Source: Planctomycetota bacterium (GTDB lineage: Bacteria; Planctomycetota; UBA1135; UBA2386). From it: a stretch of DNA of 64,000 nucleotides. A program made the translations under genes and the position numbers. The notes under the pieces were generated by a model that saw nothing but the letters and a program-made list of their open reading frames with translations, was not told where the DNA came from and did no database searches. Shown in pieces: positions 28,647 to 38,914 of the stretch; position 1 is the first letter of the stretch; each line of letters begins with the position of its first letter. The DNA lies in NCBI GenBank assembly GCA_965223545.1, contig OZ245006.1, positions 5,344,001-5,408,000 on the forward strand, read 5' to 3'.

Positions 28647-29804
28647 TCAGCGACGCTCGCCGTCGCCTTCGTCGTCCGGCGTAAAGCCGCGGTGGCGCAG
28701 GTAGCAGAGGGCGCTCTCGTCGCCCGCACAGGCGTACAGCAGCCGGGTGTCGTGCACGACGGCGAACATCCAGACGCCAGGCACGTCGATCTCCAACAGC
28801 TCCACCGGTCGGCCGTCCGCCAGTCGGCCGCGCGCGACCGTCTGGTCGACCGTGCCGCCGAGGAGGGCACAGGCCTCCTCCAGGGGCATGCCGATGCGCA
28901 GTCCGCGGCCCAGCCGGCGGTGGTCGATGGGCTCGGTCTCGGCGCCGCGCCGTGCCTCGATGAGGCGCGCGGTGACGCGGCGCTGTGGAGCGTCGGGGTG
29001 CCAGGCCTCGATGCTGAGCACGCCCGCCGCCAGCAGCAGGGGTGCGCGCTTGAAGGTGAACAGCACGCGCCCGTCGAGGGCCGGCTCGCCGTTGGCGTCG
29101 ATCGCCACCGCTTGCCAAACCGCGGGCACTTGGCCGAGCGGGGTGTCTTGCTGGAAGACCGTCCGCTCTTCGCGGGGGGGCCACTGCACGGCGACCTCGA
29201 CCCGGCCGAGCCGCCGGATGACCGAGCCGATGCTGGGCTTGCGGATCACGTCCAGGAGTCGGTCGAACACGCACTCCGCGCGCAGCAGTGAAGCGACCAC
29301 TTCGTTGACGCCCAGCAGGAGTGTGTCGTCGACCTTGGCCTGGTGCAGGTTGGCGGTGGTGACCTGTGAGAAGACGCTGTGCTCTCGCCGACCGTCGGGA
29401 CGCGACACTTCGACGCGCACCGTGGCTTCGCCGAAGTGGTGCAAGACCTGTCGCGGGGCCCATTGGTAGCGCCACGTCGCACGGTCGCAGATCACCCAGC
29501 CGTGGATGGGGTGGGGGTCGACCGCGGACTGGCGGGGTTCGGGCAGGGCCTCGATCGACAGCGCGAACTCGTAGCGTTCGCTCTCGCCATGGGCGTCGAC
29601 GACGATCTCGTAGACCACCCGGTCGCCGACTCGCCAGCACGCTGCCGCGTCCAGGGGCTCGGCCGGCCGCGCCGTGCTCCACGCGCTCGCCGGCGCGTCG
29701 GGCAGGGCGTGCCAGTCGTCGCGGCGCTCGACGCTGCCGCAGGCGACCGCGAGCACCGAGGCGGCAACGATCGCTCTCGAGTGGGAGGGCGCAATCCGCT
29801 CCAT
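28647..29804 (-). CDS. Hypothetical lipoprotein
   Basis: ATG 29804, lipobox LAVAC; fills the gap with plausible composition. Confidence 0.65.
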   Translation of the reverse strand: MERIAPSHSRAIVAASVLAVACGSVERRDDWHALPDAPASAWSTARPAEPLDAAACWRVGDRVVYEIVVDAHGESERYEFALSIEALPEPRQSAVDPHPIHGWVICDRATWRYQWAPRQVLHHFGEATVRVEVSRPDGRREHSVFSQVTTANLHQAKVDDTLLLGVNEVVASLLRAECVFDRLLDVIRKPSIGSVIRRLGRVEVAVQWPPREERTVFQQDTPLGQVPAVWQAVAIDANGEPALDGRVLFTFKRAPLLLAAGVLSIEAWHPDAPQRRVTARLIEARRGAETEPIDHRRLGRGLRIGMPLEEACALLGGTVDQTVARGRLADGRPVELLEIDVPGVWMFAVVHDTRLLYACAGDESALCYLRHRGFTPDDEGDGERR

Positions 29805-29916
29805 CGCGCCGAATGCTACGGGGTCGCGGGCGGGCGCCAAGCGCGGCCAATGCTCAACTGCTACAACAGGGGCGTTGTCTGCCGCTGTCCCGAATCCGGC
29901 TGCCGTCGGCCGTCGT

Positions 29917-31425
29917 GTGCGATGGCGCACCGCGCTGGTGTCCGTGACGGTCGGCCTGGCCGCGCTCGAGCTGTTGCTGCAGGCCGAGCACTGGCTGCGG
30001 TGGCGAAACACCGGCCAGCGACCGGTCGGCCCGCCGGCGGCCGACGCCCCCATCCTCTGCGTCGGGGGTGACGTCCCCTTCGGCCTGGGGTTGCGCCGGG
30101 ATGCTTCGTTTCCCGCGCAACTGCAGAATGCGTTGCACGCTCGCGGTCGCCGGTGGCGCGTCGTCAACGGGGCCGACCCCGGGCGCAACTCCGAGGACGT
30201 TCTCCGTCGATTGGGCTGGCAGCTCGCCGAGCTGCGGCCCCGCGTCGTGATCGTCACCGTGGACGGCGCCGACCTCGAGCGGCCGGCCGCCGCGGTGGAT
30301 CGCCGAGAGCTGCCGGTCCGCGCCGGGGCGTGCCCCGTCGGTTGGCGTCTGCCGGCGGTGATCGGCAAGCTGTGGAAGAGCTCGTGGTCCGCGCCGACCG
30401 GCATGGATGCGACTTCCCCTCCCTTCGTCGGCACCTGGCACGCCGGTGGGCTCGAGGTGGAGCTGGCGGTGGACGGCAGTGGCAGGATCGGCCTGGACCC
30501 GATCGCGTGGCAGCAACATGGCCAGCGGCTGTTGTTGCACGGTGCCGCCGGTCGCTACGACCTGCAATGGCAGATGCGCAGCGGGCAGCTCGAGGTGAGT
30601 GGCGCGCCGCTGGGGGTGCTCCGTCTGCGGGCTGGGGCGGCATCGCAGTCTGCGTTGGCATCCGCCGTCGACGCGCTGCGGCGGCGGGACTTCGACGAGG
30701 CGCGCTGGTTGCTCGAGGTGGCGCGCCACGCGTCCGATGCGCCGCCGCAGGTGGATGCAATCTGGCGCTTGCTGGAATGGTGGGAGCGCGGCGTCGGCGG
30801 GGGCGATCCGCTGCGCGGTCAGCTCGTGTCCGCCGCTTCCTCCGATGCCGCTTCGGGGCTGTGGCAATTGTTGGTGGGTGGGCGCTGGACCGACGCCGAG
30901 CGCCGCCAGCTGGCCCGCGGTCTGGGCGATGGGGCGGTGGCGTCGGCCCTGCAGGCGTGGGCGGCGCCAGCGGGATCGCCGGACGCCGAACGCGCGGCGG
31001 TCGCCGCGATCGCGGCCGGCGGGCAGGGGTTGCCGCTGCCGCCGGACGCCTGGCCGCTCGCCGCCGCCGTTCTCGACGCGCACCTCACGGCCCTCGGTGT
31101 CGGCCCCTCCGGGCGCGCCACGGTGCGGACCGCCGCCGCCGCCGAGCGCGAGGCGCAGGGCGCCGCGCTCGCGGCGCTGCGCTCCAATCTGAGCTGCATG
31201 GTCGCGTTGGTGCGGGCCTGGGGAGCCGAGGTCCGCCTCGCGGTGGCCCCTGCAGCACCTTCCACCGTGCGAGCCGTGGTCGAAGAGGCCGCTGGCGCCG
31301 CTGGCGCGCTGGTGTTCGGACCGCCGCCCTCTGATCGTCTTTGGCGGTGCCCCGACGTCTGGCCCGAGCGCGTGCACCGTGAGGTCGCAGAGCACCTCGC
31401 CGCGCACTTGGAGGCCGTACGATGA
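29917..31425 (+). CDS. Membrane-anchored degenerate SGNH/GDSL-like protein
   Basis: TM LAALELLLQ, ILCVGGDVPFGLG (block I-like), VVNGADPGRNS (block II-like). Start uncertain. Confidence 0.6.
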   Translation: MRWRTALVSVTVGLAALELLLQAEHWLRWRNTGQRPVGPPAADAPILCVGGDVPFGLGLRRDASFPAQLQNALHARGRRWRVVNGADPGRNSEDVLRRLGWQLAELRPRVVIVTVDGADLERPAAAVDRRELPVRAGACPVGWRLPAVIGKLWKSSWSAPTGMDATSPPFVGTWHAGGLEVELAVDGSGRIGLDPIAWQQHGQRLLLHGAAGRYDLQWQMRSGQLEVSGAPLGVLRLRAGAASQSALASAVDALRRRDFDEARWLLEVARHASDAPPQVDAIWRLLEWWERGVGGGDPLRGQLVSAASSDAASGLWQLLVGGRWTDAERRQLARGLGDGAVASALQAWAAPAGSPDAERAAVAAIAAGGQGLPLPPDAWPLAAAVLDAHLTALGVGPSGRATVRTAAAAEREAQGAALAALRSNLSCMVALVRAWGAEVRLAVAPAAPSTVRAVVEEAAGAAGALVFGPPPSDRLWRCPDVWPERVHREVAEHLAAHLEAVR

Positions 31426-32501
31426 GACCTGCGCGCGCGCGCGTGTCGGGCGTCGTGTTCTTGGTGGTCATCGCACTCGGCCCGCTCGGCTATTGGCTGC
31501 TGCCGCCCGGACCGTTGCCGGTCGGAGCGGAATGGCCGGTCTTCGGCGCGGAGTCGGTCCGGCGCGGGGCGTGGGCCGGCGCCGTCGGCGACCAGCTCCG
31601 GCTGCGGTGGCCGCTGACCCGCTACTTCCGCGGTGCCCACAACGAGCTGCGCGCGCGGCTCGGCGTGTTCGACGCGGCAAATGTCGTCGAGGGCCGCGGG
31701 GGCTGGTGCTTTGCACGCGAGACCGTGGACGATCGCGTGGCGGCGTGGCGGCGCTGCTTGCCGGAGCTGCGCCGCTGGCTCGCGACGGTGCGCGCCCGGA
31801 GCGCCGCGGCCGGGGTGCGCGTCGCGGCCGCCCCGGCGCCCAACAAGGTGTGCGTCTACGGCGATCGGCTGCCCGGTGGGGCGCCCGCGTGGCCGCGCCG
31901 GCAGTACGCGGACCTGCTGGACGAGCTGCGCGCGGCGGGCCTCGAGGTGGTCGATCTGCTGGCGTGTCTCGATCAGCGCCGCGCCGAGCGGCCGGACCTC
32001 GCCTTGTTCGCCGTCGCCGATACGCATTGGAGCGGTGCCGCGTTGCTGGCGGTGTCGGCGGCGCTGCGGAACGCAGTGGGCGGTCCAATGGCGCGGGATG
32101 CAGCGCAGCCACTGGTCGCGCTGCCGACGGTGCGCGAAGTGCGCGAAGGCGATCTGGCTCGGCTGCTCGGTCTGTGGCCGGGGACCCCCGCGGCCCGCAC
32201 GCGGCTCGACGAGGACTACGTCCTCGCCGTGGGCCGGCGCTCCGACGCCGGTGCGATCGCCTTGCCGCCGGCGCAGCCGTCGGCGCGGGTCGCCGTCGTC
32301 GGCGACAGCTTCGCGGCGCGCCTGCCGGCCGTCCTGAGCGGTTGTCTGGGCAGCGCGGTCGACGGCAGCGCGGCGGTCGCGGCCTCCGGCCCGCGCGCCG
32401 GCCTGGACGCGACCCTGGCGCGCGCCGAGAACGGCGGCGCCGTGCGTGTCATCATCTGGGTGTGCACCCAGCGCGCGACGTGGGATCAGCGCTTTTGGTA
32501 G
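31422..32501 (+). CDS. AlgX/AlgJ-like SGNH O-acetyltransferase domain protein
   Basis: GRGGWCF, APNK, DTHW, GDLARL, VVGDSF motifs. Confidence 0.8.
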   Translation: MRPARARVSGVVFLVVIALGPLGYWLLPPGPLPVGAEWPVFGAESVRRGAWAGAVGDQLRLRWPLTRYFRGAHNELRARLGVFDAANVVEGRGGWCFARETVDDRVAAWRRCLPELRRWLATVRARSAAAGVRVAAAPAPNKVCVYGDRLPGGAPAWPRRQYADLLDELRAAGLEVVDLLACLDQRRAERPDLALFAVADTHWSGAALLAVSAALRNAVGGPMARDAAQPLVALPTVREVREGDLARLLGLWPGTPAARTRLDEDYVLAVGRRSDAGAIALPPAQPSARVAVVGDSFAARLPAVLSGCLGSAVDGSAAVAASGPRAGLDATLARAENGGAVRVIIWVCTQRATWDQRFW

Positions 32502-32570
32502 GAGTCCCCGCGGTTGGCGATGGTGGTTACCATGGAACGCGGAAAGCAGTGCCACCGGAAGGAGTCCGCC

Positions 32571-33881
32571 GTGTCCGCATCGCCGCGTTTCTCGATCGCC
32601 GTCGCCATCATCGCGGCCGCGCTGTCGGCACCGGCCGGCGCGCAGAGCTGCTACGCCGGTCCGCCGGTTTCCATCGGCAGCATCACGGTGGTCGCCCGGG
32701 GGCTGCCGGCGTCGACCCGCATGCCCAACAGCACGGTCGACGCGCTCACCGTGCACTGCCGCGACTTGCCGGACATCGGTGTGTTGCTGCAGGTCACGCC
32801 GCCGCCTGCGGGAGTCAGCGAGCGGGGTACCGTCGTGCTCGGTTCGGGAGCGCTCGGCACGACGTTCTACAGCGCCGAGACCAACGGCTTCCCGTTGGCC
32901 CTCGCGCTGCACCAGCTCGGGTTTCGCGTCGTCGACCGCGCCTGGGTGCCCGGTTGGTTCACCAGTGCTGCCGGCCTGCGCAAGCAGTCGTGCCGCTACG
33001 GTACCCTGCTGGATCACGTGTTTCGCACCTATCACGGCACCGGTGCGTTCTGTGCTCTGGGTAGCTCGGGCGGCTCGGCCGAGCTCGCCTACGCCTTGAC
33101 CACCTGGCGCGCGGGCGAGTACCTGGACGTTGGCGTCATGGTCGGCGGACCGCCGACCTCGCGGTTGGATCTGTCGTGCCAACGGCCACCCTCGGCGGCT
33201 TGGCTGGGACAGTGCGCGGCGGTGACGCCAGCGAACGTCCTGGAGTGCGCGCCGCAGTCGTGCGAGCTGATCACCGGCTTCGGTCTGTGCACCGCGTGTG
33301 CGGCGACTCCATCCGCAACCGAGCTGCGGGAGGACAGCGTGCTGCACTCGGCGGCGGTCTTGGACTACCCGAGAACGCGCGTCCACTTGGTCGAGGGTGC
33401 GGCCGACTGCTGGGGCACGGTGCCGTCGGCGATGCTGTTCTACAACGCCGTGCAGAGCGAGAAGGTGGTCGAGTTCGTGCCGAAGACCAACCACTTCGTT
33501 GCCGCGACCCAGCAGGGGCTCGACGCGATGCTGCGCGCCGTGGTCGGCGGCGCTGCGTCGCGCCCGGGGCCGGCAACCTTGGCCTATCGCGACTGGCCGC
33601 AGCTCGGCGGTGTCGCCCAGTTCGACCTCCACGGCCAGCCTGGCGACGGTTTCGCGGTGATCGTTGGCACGCAGACCGCACTCGCCTCGGTGCCGCCCTA
33701 CGGTTGGGTGTTCGTCGGCAATCCGCTGCTCCAGGGCTTCGGCGCGGTCGACGCATCGGGGCGCGGCTCGTTCTCGGTCGGCGTGCCGCCCTTGACCGCT
33801 CTACTGGGCCTGGAGATCTACCACCAGGCGATCATCGGCGGTGTGCTGACCAACTTGGTGCGCTTTCAGCTGCTGCCCTGA
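32571..33881 (+). CDS. Secreted Cys-rich alpha/beta-hydrolase-like protein with conserved C-terminal domain
   Basis: AAGGAG RBS before GTG 32571; signal ending AGAQ; GSSGG nucleophile elbow. Confidence 0.75.
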   Translation: MSASPRFSIAVAIIAAALSAPAGAQSCYAGPPVSIGSITVVARGLPASTRMPNSTVDALTVHCRDLPDIGVLLQVTPPPAGVSERGTVVLGSGALGTTFYSAETNGFPLALALHQLGFRVVDRAWVPGWFTSAAGLRKQSCRYGTLLDHVFRTYHGTGAFCALGSSGGSAELAYALTTWRAGEYLDVGVMVGGPPTSRLDLSCQRPPSAAWLGQCAAVTPANVLECAPQSCELITGFGLCTACAATPSATELREDSVLHSAAVLDYPRTRVHLVEGAADCWGTVPSAMLFYNAVQSEKVVEFVPKTNHFVAATQQGLDAMLRAVVGGAASRPGPATLAYRDWPQLGGVAQFDLHGQPGDGFAVIVGTQTALASVPPYGWVFVGNPLLQGFGAVDASGRGSFSVGVPPLTALLGLEIYHQAIIGGVLTNLVRFQLLP

Positions 33882-34621
33882 CAGCGCCGCCGGGAGAACG
33901 CCGGCAGTCCGTCGTCGAACACCAGCGCCGCGATCTCGCGCGCCGGCACCGCGGCGGGGAGCAGCGCGCCGTCCTCGTGCAGGGCGACGAACCGCGCGCG
34001 GCGCGGAAAGCTCTTCGCGTCACTGGCGCGCAGCTGCTCCTGCATCGCGGTTGCGACGACCCCCGGCGCAAAGCTCACCACCGCGATGTCGCGGTCGCCG
34101 AGATCGGCGACCTCGGCGCACTCCGCGCCCAGCACCGCACCCGCCATGTCGAGGCCGGCCTTGGTGGCGCAGTACAGCGACCACGCCGGGTAGGGGTTCT
34201 GTGCAGCACCGCTGGAGATGTCGATGATGCGCAGCCGGCAGCCGGGCTCGGTGAGCCGCAACATCAGTCCGTGCAGGTACAGCGGCACCGCGAGATTGAG
34301 CACCGCACCGCGCACGAGCGTGTCGAGCTCGGTCGCGGCGACCGGCGCCAGCCCGAGCAGCGCGGCGTTGTTGACCAGCGCGACGCGGTCCCTGCCGGCG
34401 AGGGACCCGCGCAGCGGTTCTGTTGCCAGAGTGCGGCGGACCGCTTCGACGTCGCTGAGGTCGCAGACCACGTGGGAATAGCGTTCATGCGCGGTGAGCG
34501 CTGCCGGCGCTTCGCCGCGGGCGACGCCGAGGACCTCGCAGCCACGGTCCAGCAGCGCCTCGGCCACCGCTTGGCCGATGCCCCGCGACGTGCCGGTGAT
34601 GAGGACGAACGGTGCTTTCAC
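33866..34621 (-). CDS. Short-chain dehydrogenase/reductase (benzil/sepiapterin reductase-like)
   Basis: ITGTSRGIG, LVNNAA, ISSGAA, YCATK, APGVVATAMQ. Confidence 0.93.
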   Translation of the reverse strand: MKAPFVLITGTSRGIGQAVAEALLDRGCEVLGVARGEAPAALTAHERYSHVVCDLSDVEAVRRTLATEPLRGSLAGRDRVALVNNAALLGLAPVAATELDTLVRGAVLNLAVPLYLHGLMLRLTEPGCRLRIIDISSGAAQNPYPAWSLYCATKAGLDMAGAVLGAECAEVADLGDRDIAVVSFAPGVVATAMQEQLRASDAKSFPRRARFVALHEDGALLPAAVPAREIAALVFDDGLPAFSRRRCQGSS

Positions 34622-34635
34622 GCGGCGCTGCTCGC

Positions 34636-35850
34636 TCAAAGGGTCCAGCTCGTCGCCGCGGTCACTTGCCGGAACAGCGTCGGCCAGGCCGGGTCGAGAG
34701 TGACCGCGGCGGCGTGCACGGTGACGCCTTGCAGTGCCGCGAGGTTGGGCAGATTGAGCACCGGTGTGCCCTTGCCCTGACCATCGAGGAGGCCGACGAA
34801 GCCGGCGAACGCCGGGGCACCGCTCAGGGACAGCTGGAACAGGGCGTCGGCCGCCAACGGCAGCGTGCGGCCCCGTGGGAGGGGGATCGCCGGGGCCTGC
34901 GCCAACGCCATGCCGGTCGCATACGCCAGTCCGGGCTCGTGAGGGCTGTCCACGGTGAACGGATACGGCGTGCCCAGGGTTGGCGACCCGGTGGTCAGCA
35001 GCGAGGCGCTGGGCAAGAACGCGACGCTGCGCGGCACGAGACTCGACCCCGGCGCCGCGGTGCGCAGCCAGGTGCCGTCCGGCTTCAGCCAGACGACCTT
35101 GTGGGTGAAGAAGCTCGCGCTGACCAGCTCGCCGCCGGCAGTCACTGCGATGCCCTGCGGTCCGCTCAGATCGGCGTGGCGGAGTTCGCGCAGCGGTGCG
35201 CCGGCCAGATCGAAGACGACGATGTTGTTCGAACCGCCGCCGGCGACGAACAGCTCGTTGTTCCACACCGCCAGCCCCATGGGGCTGGAAAGGCCGAAGC
35301 CGGTGGCGTCGAACCGCGCGGTGCCGGTGCTGTCGAAGTAGACCACCGTGCCGTTGCCCGCGCTCGCCGCGAAGAACGATCCATCCGGCAACAGCGCCAC
35401 GCAGTTGGTGAAGCGCAGCTTGGGATCGGCGAAGGTGCGGACCAGCGTGCCGTCGGGGCGGAACTCACCGACGTTGCTGGAGCTGAAGCCGGCGACCAGG
35501 AGGTTGCCATTGGTGCGGAGTGCGATTCCCGTGGGGCCGACGACCGGCCCGGTGGCGAACCGGCGCACCAGCTGGAGGCGGCGGTCCAGCTCGAGCACTT
35601 CACCGGAGTTCTGTGAGGCCACGTAGACCGTGCCAGTCGGCGACACGGCCAGGCCGCGCGGGTGCGCCAGGCCGGGGAGCGGCAGAGATGCCAGCTCGGT
35701 CCCTCCGAAGTCGAGGCGCAGGAGCCGGTCGTTGCCCGAGCTGGAGACCAGCAGGTCCCCGGTGGTGGCCGGCGGGAGCGTCTGTCCGGCCGCGGCGAGC
35801 GCGAGCAGCGCGGCAGCGGTTGCGGCGGTGATGGGCGCGGGATTCGGCAT
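34636..35850 (-). CDS. Secreted NHL-like beta-propeller protein with conserved C-terminal domain
   Basis: Signal ending AAGQ; HPRGLAV, GPTGIAL, SPMGLAV, GPQGIAV repeats. Confidence 0.85.
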   Translation of the reverse strand: MPNPAPITAATAAALLALAAAGQTLPPATTGDLLVSSSGNDRLLRLDFGGTELASLPLPGLAHPRGLAVSPTGTVYVASQNSGEVLELDRRLQLVRRFATGPVVGPTGIALRTNGNLLVAGFSSSNVGEFRPDGTLVRTFADPKLRFTNCVALLPDGSFFAASAGNGTVVYFDSTGTARFDATGFGLSSPMGLAVWNNELFVAGGGSNNIVVFDLAGAPLRELRHADLSGPQGIAVTAGGELVSASFFTHKVVWLKPDGTWLRTAAPGSSLVPRSVAFLPSASLLTTGSPTLGTPYPFTVDSPHEPGLAYATGMALAQAPAIPLPRGRTLPLAADALFQLSLSGAPAFAGFVGLLDGQGKGTPVLNLPNLAALQGVTVHAAAVTLDPAWPTLFRQVTAATSWTL

Positions 35851-35942
35851 CTCCCGAATCATAGCCGCACCCGCGCTGGAGCCGGTCGCAAGACGAACGA
35901 CGTCGCGGTCGGCCGCGGTTTTTGCGTATGTTCTGCGCGAGC

Positions 35943-36968
35943 ATGCGCAAGCCCGTCATCCTGATCACCGGCGCCAACGGCGAGATCGGCCACGGCCTGA
36001 TCGAGCACTGCCAGCAGCTGCCGGAGCACGAAGTCGTCGCCTTGGACCTGCGACCCCTGGATTCCGCCCTGGCCGCCGGCTGTGCCGCCACCATCGTCGG
36101 CGACATCCTGGACGAGGATCTGCTACAGCGGCTGGTCAGCGAGTACGAGATCCACCAGATCTTCCACCTCGCGGCGCTGCTCAGTACCCGTTCCGAGTAC
36201 ACCCCGGTGCAGGCGCACCGCGTCAACGTCAACGGCACCCTCAACCTGCTGCAGCTGGCGCACGAGCAGGCGCGCTGGCACGGCCACACGGTCAAGTTCC
36301 TGTTCCCGAGCTCGATCGCGGCCTACGGGCTGCCGAGTCGGGCCGCCAAGGACGACGCCGGTCGAGTGCGCGAAGACGAGTTCAACGTGCCGACCACGAT
36401 GTACGGCTGCAACAAGCTCTACTGCGAGCAGCTCGGGCGCTACTTCACGCAGCACTTTCGCCAGCTGGCCGCCGACCCGGCGCCCAGCGGGGTCGATTTC
36501 CGCGCGCTGCGGTTTCCGGGCTTGATCAGCGCGGCCACGGTGCCGTCGGGCGGAACCAGCGACTACGGGCCCGAGATGTTGCACGCGGGCGCCTCGGGCG
36601 AGGCCTACTCGTGCTTCGTCGACGCCGGCGCCTACTTGCCGTTCATGGCGATGCCGGACGCGATCCGATCCCTGTTGATGCTTGCGGCGGCGCCGGCTGA
36701 AGGGTTGAGCCAGCGGGTGTACAACGTCGGCGCGTTCTCCAAGTCGGCGGCGCAGATCCGCGATGTCGTCGTCGCGGCGTTTCCGGATGCGCGCATCGAC
36801 TTCGTCCGCGACGACGCGCGCGCCGACATCGTCGACAGCTGGCCGGCCGACGTCGACGACGGCGCCGCGCGGCGGGATTGGGGCTGGGTGCCGGATTACG
36901 ATTTCGAGCGCGCGTTCGAGGAGTATCTGATCCCCGAGGTCGGCCGGCGCTACGGGCGCGAGCGTTGA
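35943..36968 (+). CDS. NAD-dependent epimerase/dehydratase family, L-threonine 3-dehydrogenase-like
   Basis: ITGANGEIG, FHLAALLS, YGCNK, GGTSDY, IVDSWP. Confidence 0.9.
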   Translation: MRKPVILITGANGEIGHGLIEHCQQLPEHEVVALDLRPLDSALAAGCAATIVGDILDEDLLQRLVSEYEIHQIFHLAALLSTRSEYTPVQAHRVNVNGTLNLLQLAHEQARWHGHTVKFLFPSSIAAYGLPSRAAKDDAGRVREDEFNVPTTMYGCNKLYCEQLGRYFTQHFRQLAADPAPSGVDFRALRFPGLISAATVPSGGTSDYGPEMLHAGASGEAYSCFVDAGAYLPFMAMPDAIRSLLMLAAAPAEGLSQRVYNVGAFSKSAAQIRDVVVAAFPDARIDFVRDDARADIVDSWPADVDDGAARRDWGWVPDYDFERAFEEYLIPEVGRRYGRER

Positions 36969-38914
36969 CCGAGCCAAGGCTCGGCGCGCACTGGGATGGC
37001 GATGGCGTCGCCTTCGCGCTGTTCACGGCGCACGCCACCGCGGTTCGCCTGGCGTTGGTCGATGGAGATGGCCAGCAGGGCGAGCTCGTCGAGCTGGCGC
37101 GTGACGCTTCCGCGCCGGACGTCTGGGGTGCGCGCGTGCCGGGCGTGCGGCCGGGGCAGCGCTACTACTACTTCGTCGACGGACCCGCCAAGGACGGTGC
37201 CGGCCACTGCTTCGACGGCTCGCTGCCCCTGCTCGACCCGTACGCGCGCGCCATCGGCGGGCGCGTCGACGCGGCGACGCCCGCGCCCGCGGTCGTCGTC
37301 GATCCCGCGTTCGCCTGGCGTGACGACGCGCCGCCGCGAACGCCCTGGGATCGCACTCTGCTCTACGAGGCGCACGTCAAGGGGCTGACGGCGCGGCACC
37401 CCGAGGTGCCGCGCAAGCAGCGGGGCACCTATCTCGGCCTGGCACATCCGGCGGTGCTCGATCACTTGCTGTCGCTCGGGGTGACGGCGATCGAGCTGAT
37501 GCCGGTGCACCACCACATGACCGAACGGCACCTGACGCGGCGCGGTCGGACCAACTACTGGGGCTACTCGACCATCGGGTTCTTCGCGCCGGACGCGCGG
37601 TTCGCCAGTGGCGCCGACGGGCGACAGGTGACCGAGTTCAAGCAAATGGTGCGGGCGCTGCACCGCGCCGGACTGGAGGTCGTTCTCGACGTGGTCTACA
37701 ACCACACTGGAGAAGGCGGCATCGACGGACCGGTGCGCAGCTTCCGCGGCATCGACAACGCCTCGTACTACCGCGCCGATCGCAGTGGTCGCTACGAGGA
37801 CGTCACCGGCTGCGGCAACACTCTCGACCTTCGCCACGCGCGGGTGCGACAGCTCGTGCTCGACAGCATGCGCTATTGGGTCGAGGAGATGCATGTCGAC
37901 GGCTTCCGCTTCGACTTGGCGCCGGCGTTGGCTCGTGGCGACGACGGCTTCGACCCGAGCGCGCCGTTGTTCGAGGCGATGCGTGCCGATCCCGTGCTGG
38001 CAGAAGTCAAGTGGATCGCCGAGCCGTGGGATCTGGGCGAGGACGGCTACCGCCTGGGGCAGTTCCCGCGGGGTTGGGTGGAGTGGAACGGCCGCTTCCG
38101 CGACGACGTGCGCCGCTTCTGGCGCGGCGACTCCGGCGCCCGCCGTGATTGCGCTGCCAGACTGTCGGGTTCGCGCGACTTGTTTCCGATCGAGTCCCGG
38201 GGCGAGTTCGCGTCGGTGCACTACGTCGCCTGCCACGACGGGTTCACCTTGGCCGACGTCGTCGCCTACGCGGACAAACACAACGAGGCCAACGGCGAAG
38301 CCAACCGCGATGGCAGCGATCACAACTTCAGCAGCGGCCACGGGGCCGAGGGGGCGACCGACGACCCGGCCATCTTGGCGCGCCGCTCCGCGGTGCAGCA
38401 CAGCCTGCTGGCAGCCGTGGCGTGGACCCCGGGGGTGCCGATGCTGTGCGCCGGCGACGAGCTGGGGCGCACCCAGGGTGGCAACAACAACGCCTACTGC
38501 ATCGACGATGCCCGCACCTGGATCGACTGGCAGCTCGATGCTCGCCGCTCGGCGTTGCTGGCGTGGACGGTGGAGGTCTTGCGCGCCCGCCGCGCCGAGC
38601 CGCTGCTCCGGGGTGCGGGTGCGGTTTCCTTTTGGACTGCAGATGGGCAGCCGATGGACGAGTCCGTGTGGCAGGACGACGACGCCCGCTGGCTGCTCAT
38701 GGTCGCGGGCGGCGATGGCGCCGATGCGGTGGCGGTGATGTGCAACGCAGCGACCCGCGCAGTGCGTCTGGTGCTGCCGCCAGGACCACAGGAAAGCGGC
38801 CGCTGGCGGGTGCAGTGTGCGGCGCCGGCGATCGAGGTGGCACGCTTGGCCGCGGGGATGACGCTGGAGCTGGGCGCCCACGGTTGTGCGTTGTTGCGCT
38901 GGGAGTCGCCGTGA
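36965..38914 (+). CDS. glgX: Glycogen debranching enzyme GlgX
   Basis: YEAHVKG, NYWGY, LDVVYNHT, DGFRFDLA, AEPWD, HDGFTL, QGGNNNAYC. Confidence 0.96.
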   Translation: MTEPRLGAHWDGDGVAFALFTAHATAVRLALVDGDGQQGELVELARDASAPDVWGARVPGVRPGQRYYYFVDGPAKDGAGHCFDGSLPLLDPYARAIGGRVDAATPAPAVVVDPAFAWRDDAPPRTPWDRTLLYEAHVKGLTARHPEVPRKQRGTYLGLAHPAVLDHLLSLGVTAIELMPVHHHMTERHLTRRGRTNYWGYSTIGFFAPDARFASGADGRQVTEFKQMVRALHRAGLEVVLDVVYNHTGEGGIDGPVRSFRGIDNASYYRADRSGRYEDVTGCGNTLDLRHARVRQLVLDSMRYWVEEMHVDGFRFDLAPALARGDDGFDPSAPLFEAMRADPVLAEVKWIAEPWDLGEDGYRLGQFPRGWVEWNGRFRDDVRRFWRGDSGARRDCAARLSGSRDLFPIESRGEFASVHYVACHDGFTLADVVAYADKHNEANGEANRDGSDHNFSSGHGAEGATDDPAILARRSAVQHSLLAAVAWTPGVPMLCAGDELGRTQGGNNNAYCIDDARTWIDWQLDARRSALLAWTVEVLRARRAEPLLRGAGAVSFWTADGQPMDESVWQDDDARWLLMVAGGDGADAVAVMCNAATRAVRLVLPPGPQESGRWRVQCAAPAIEVARLAAGMTLELGAHGCALLRWESP

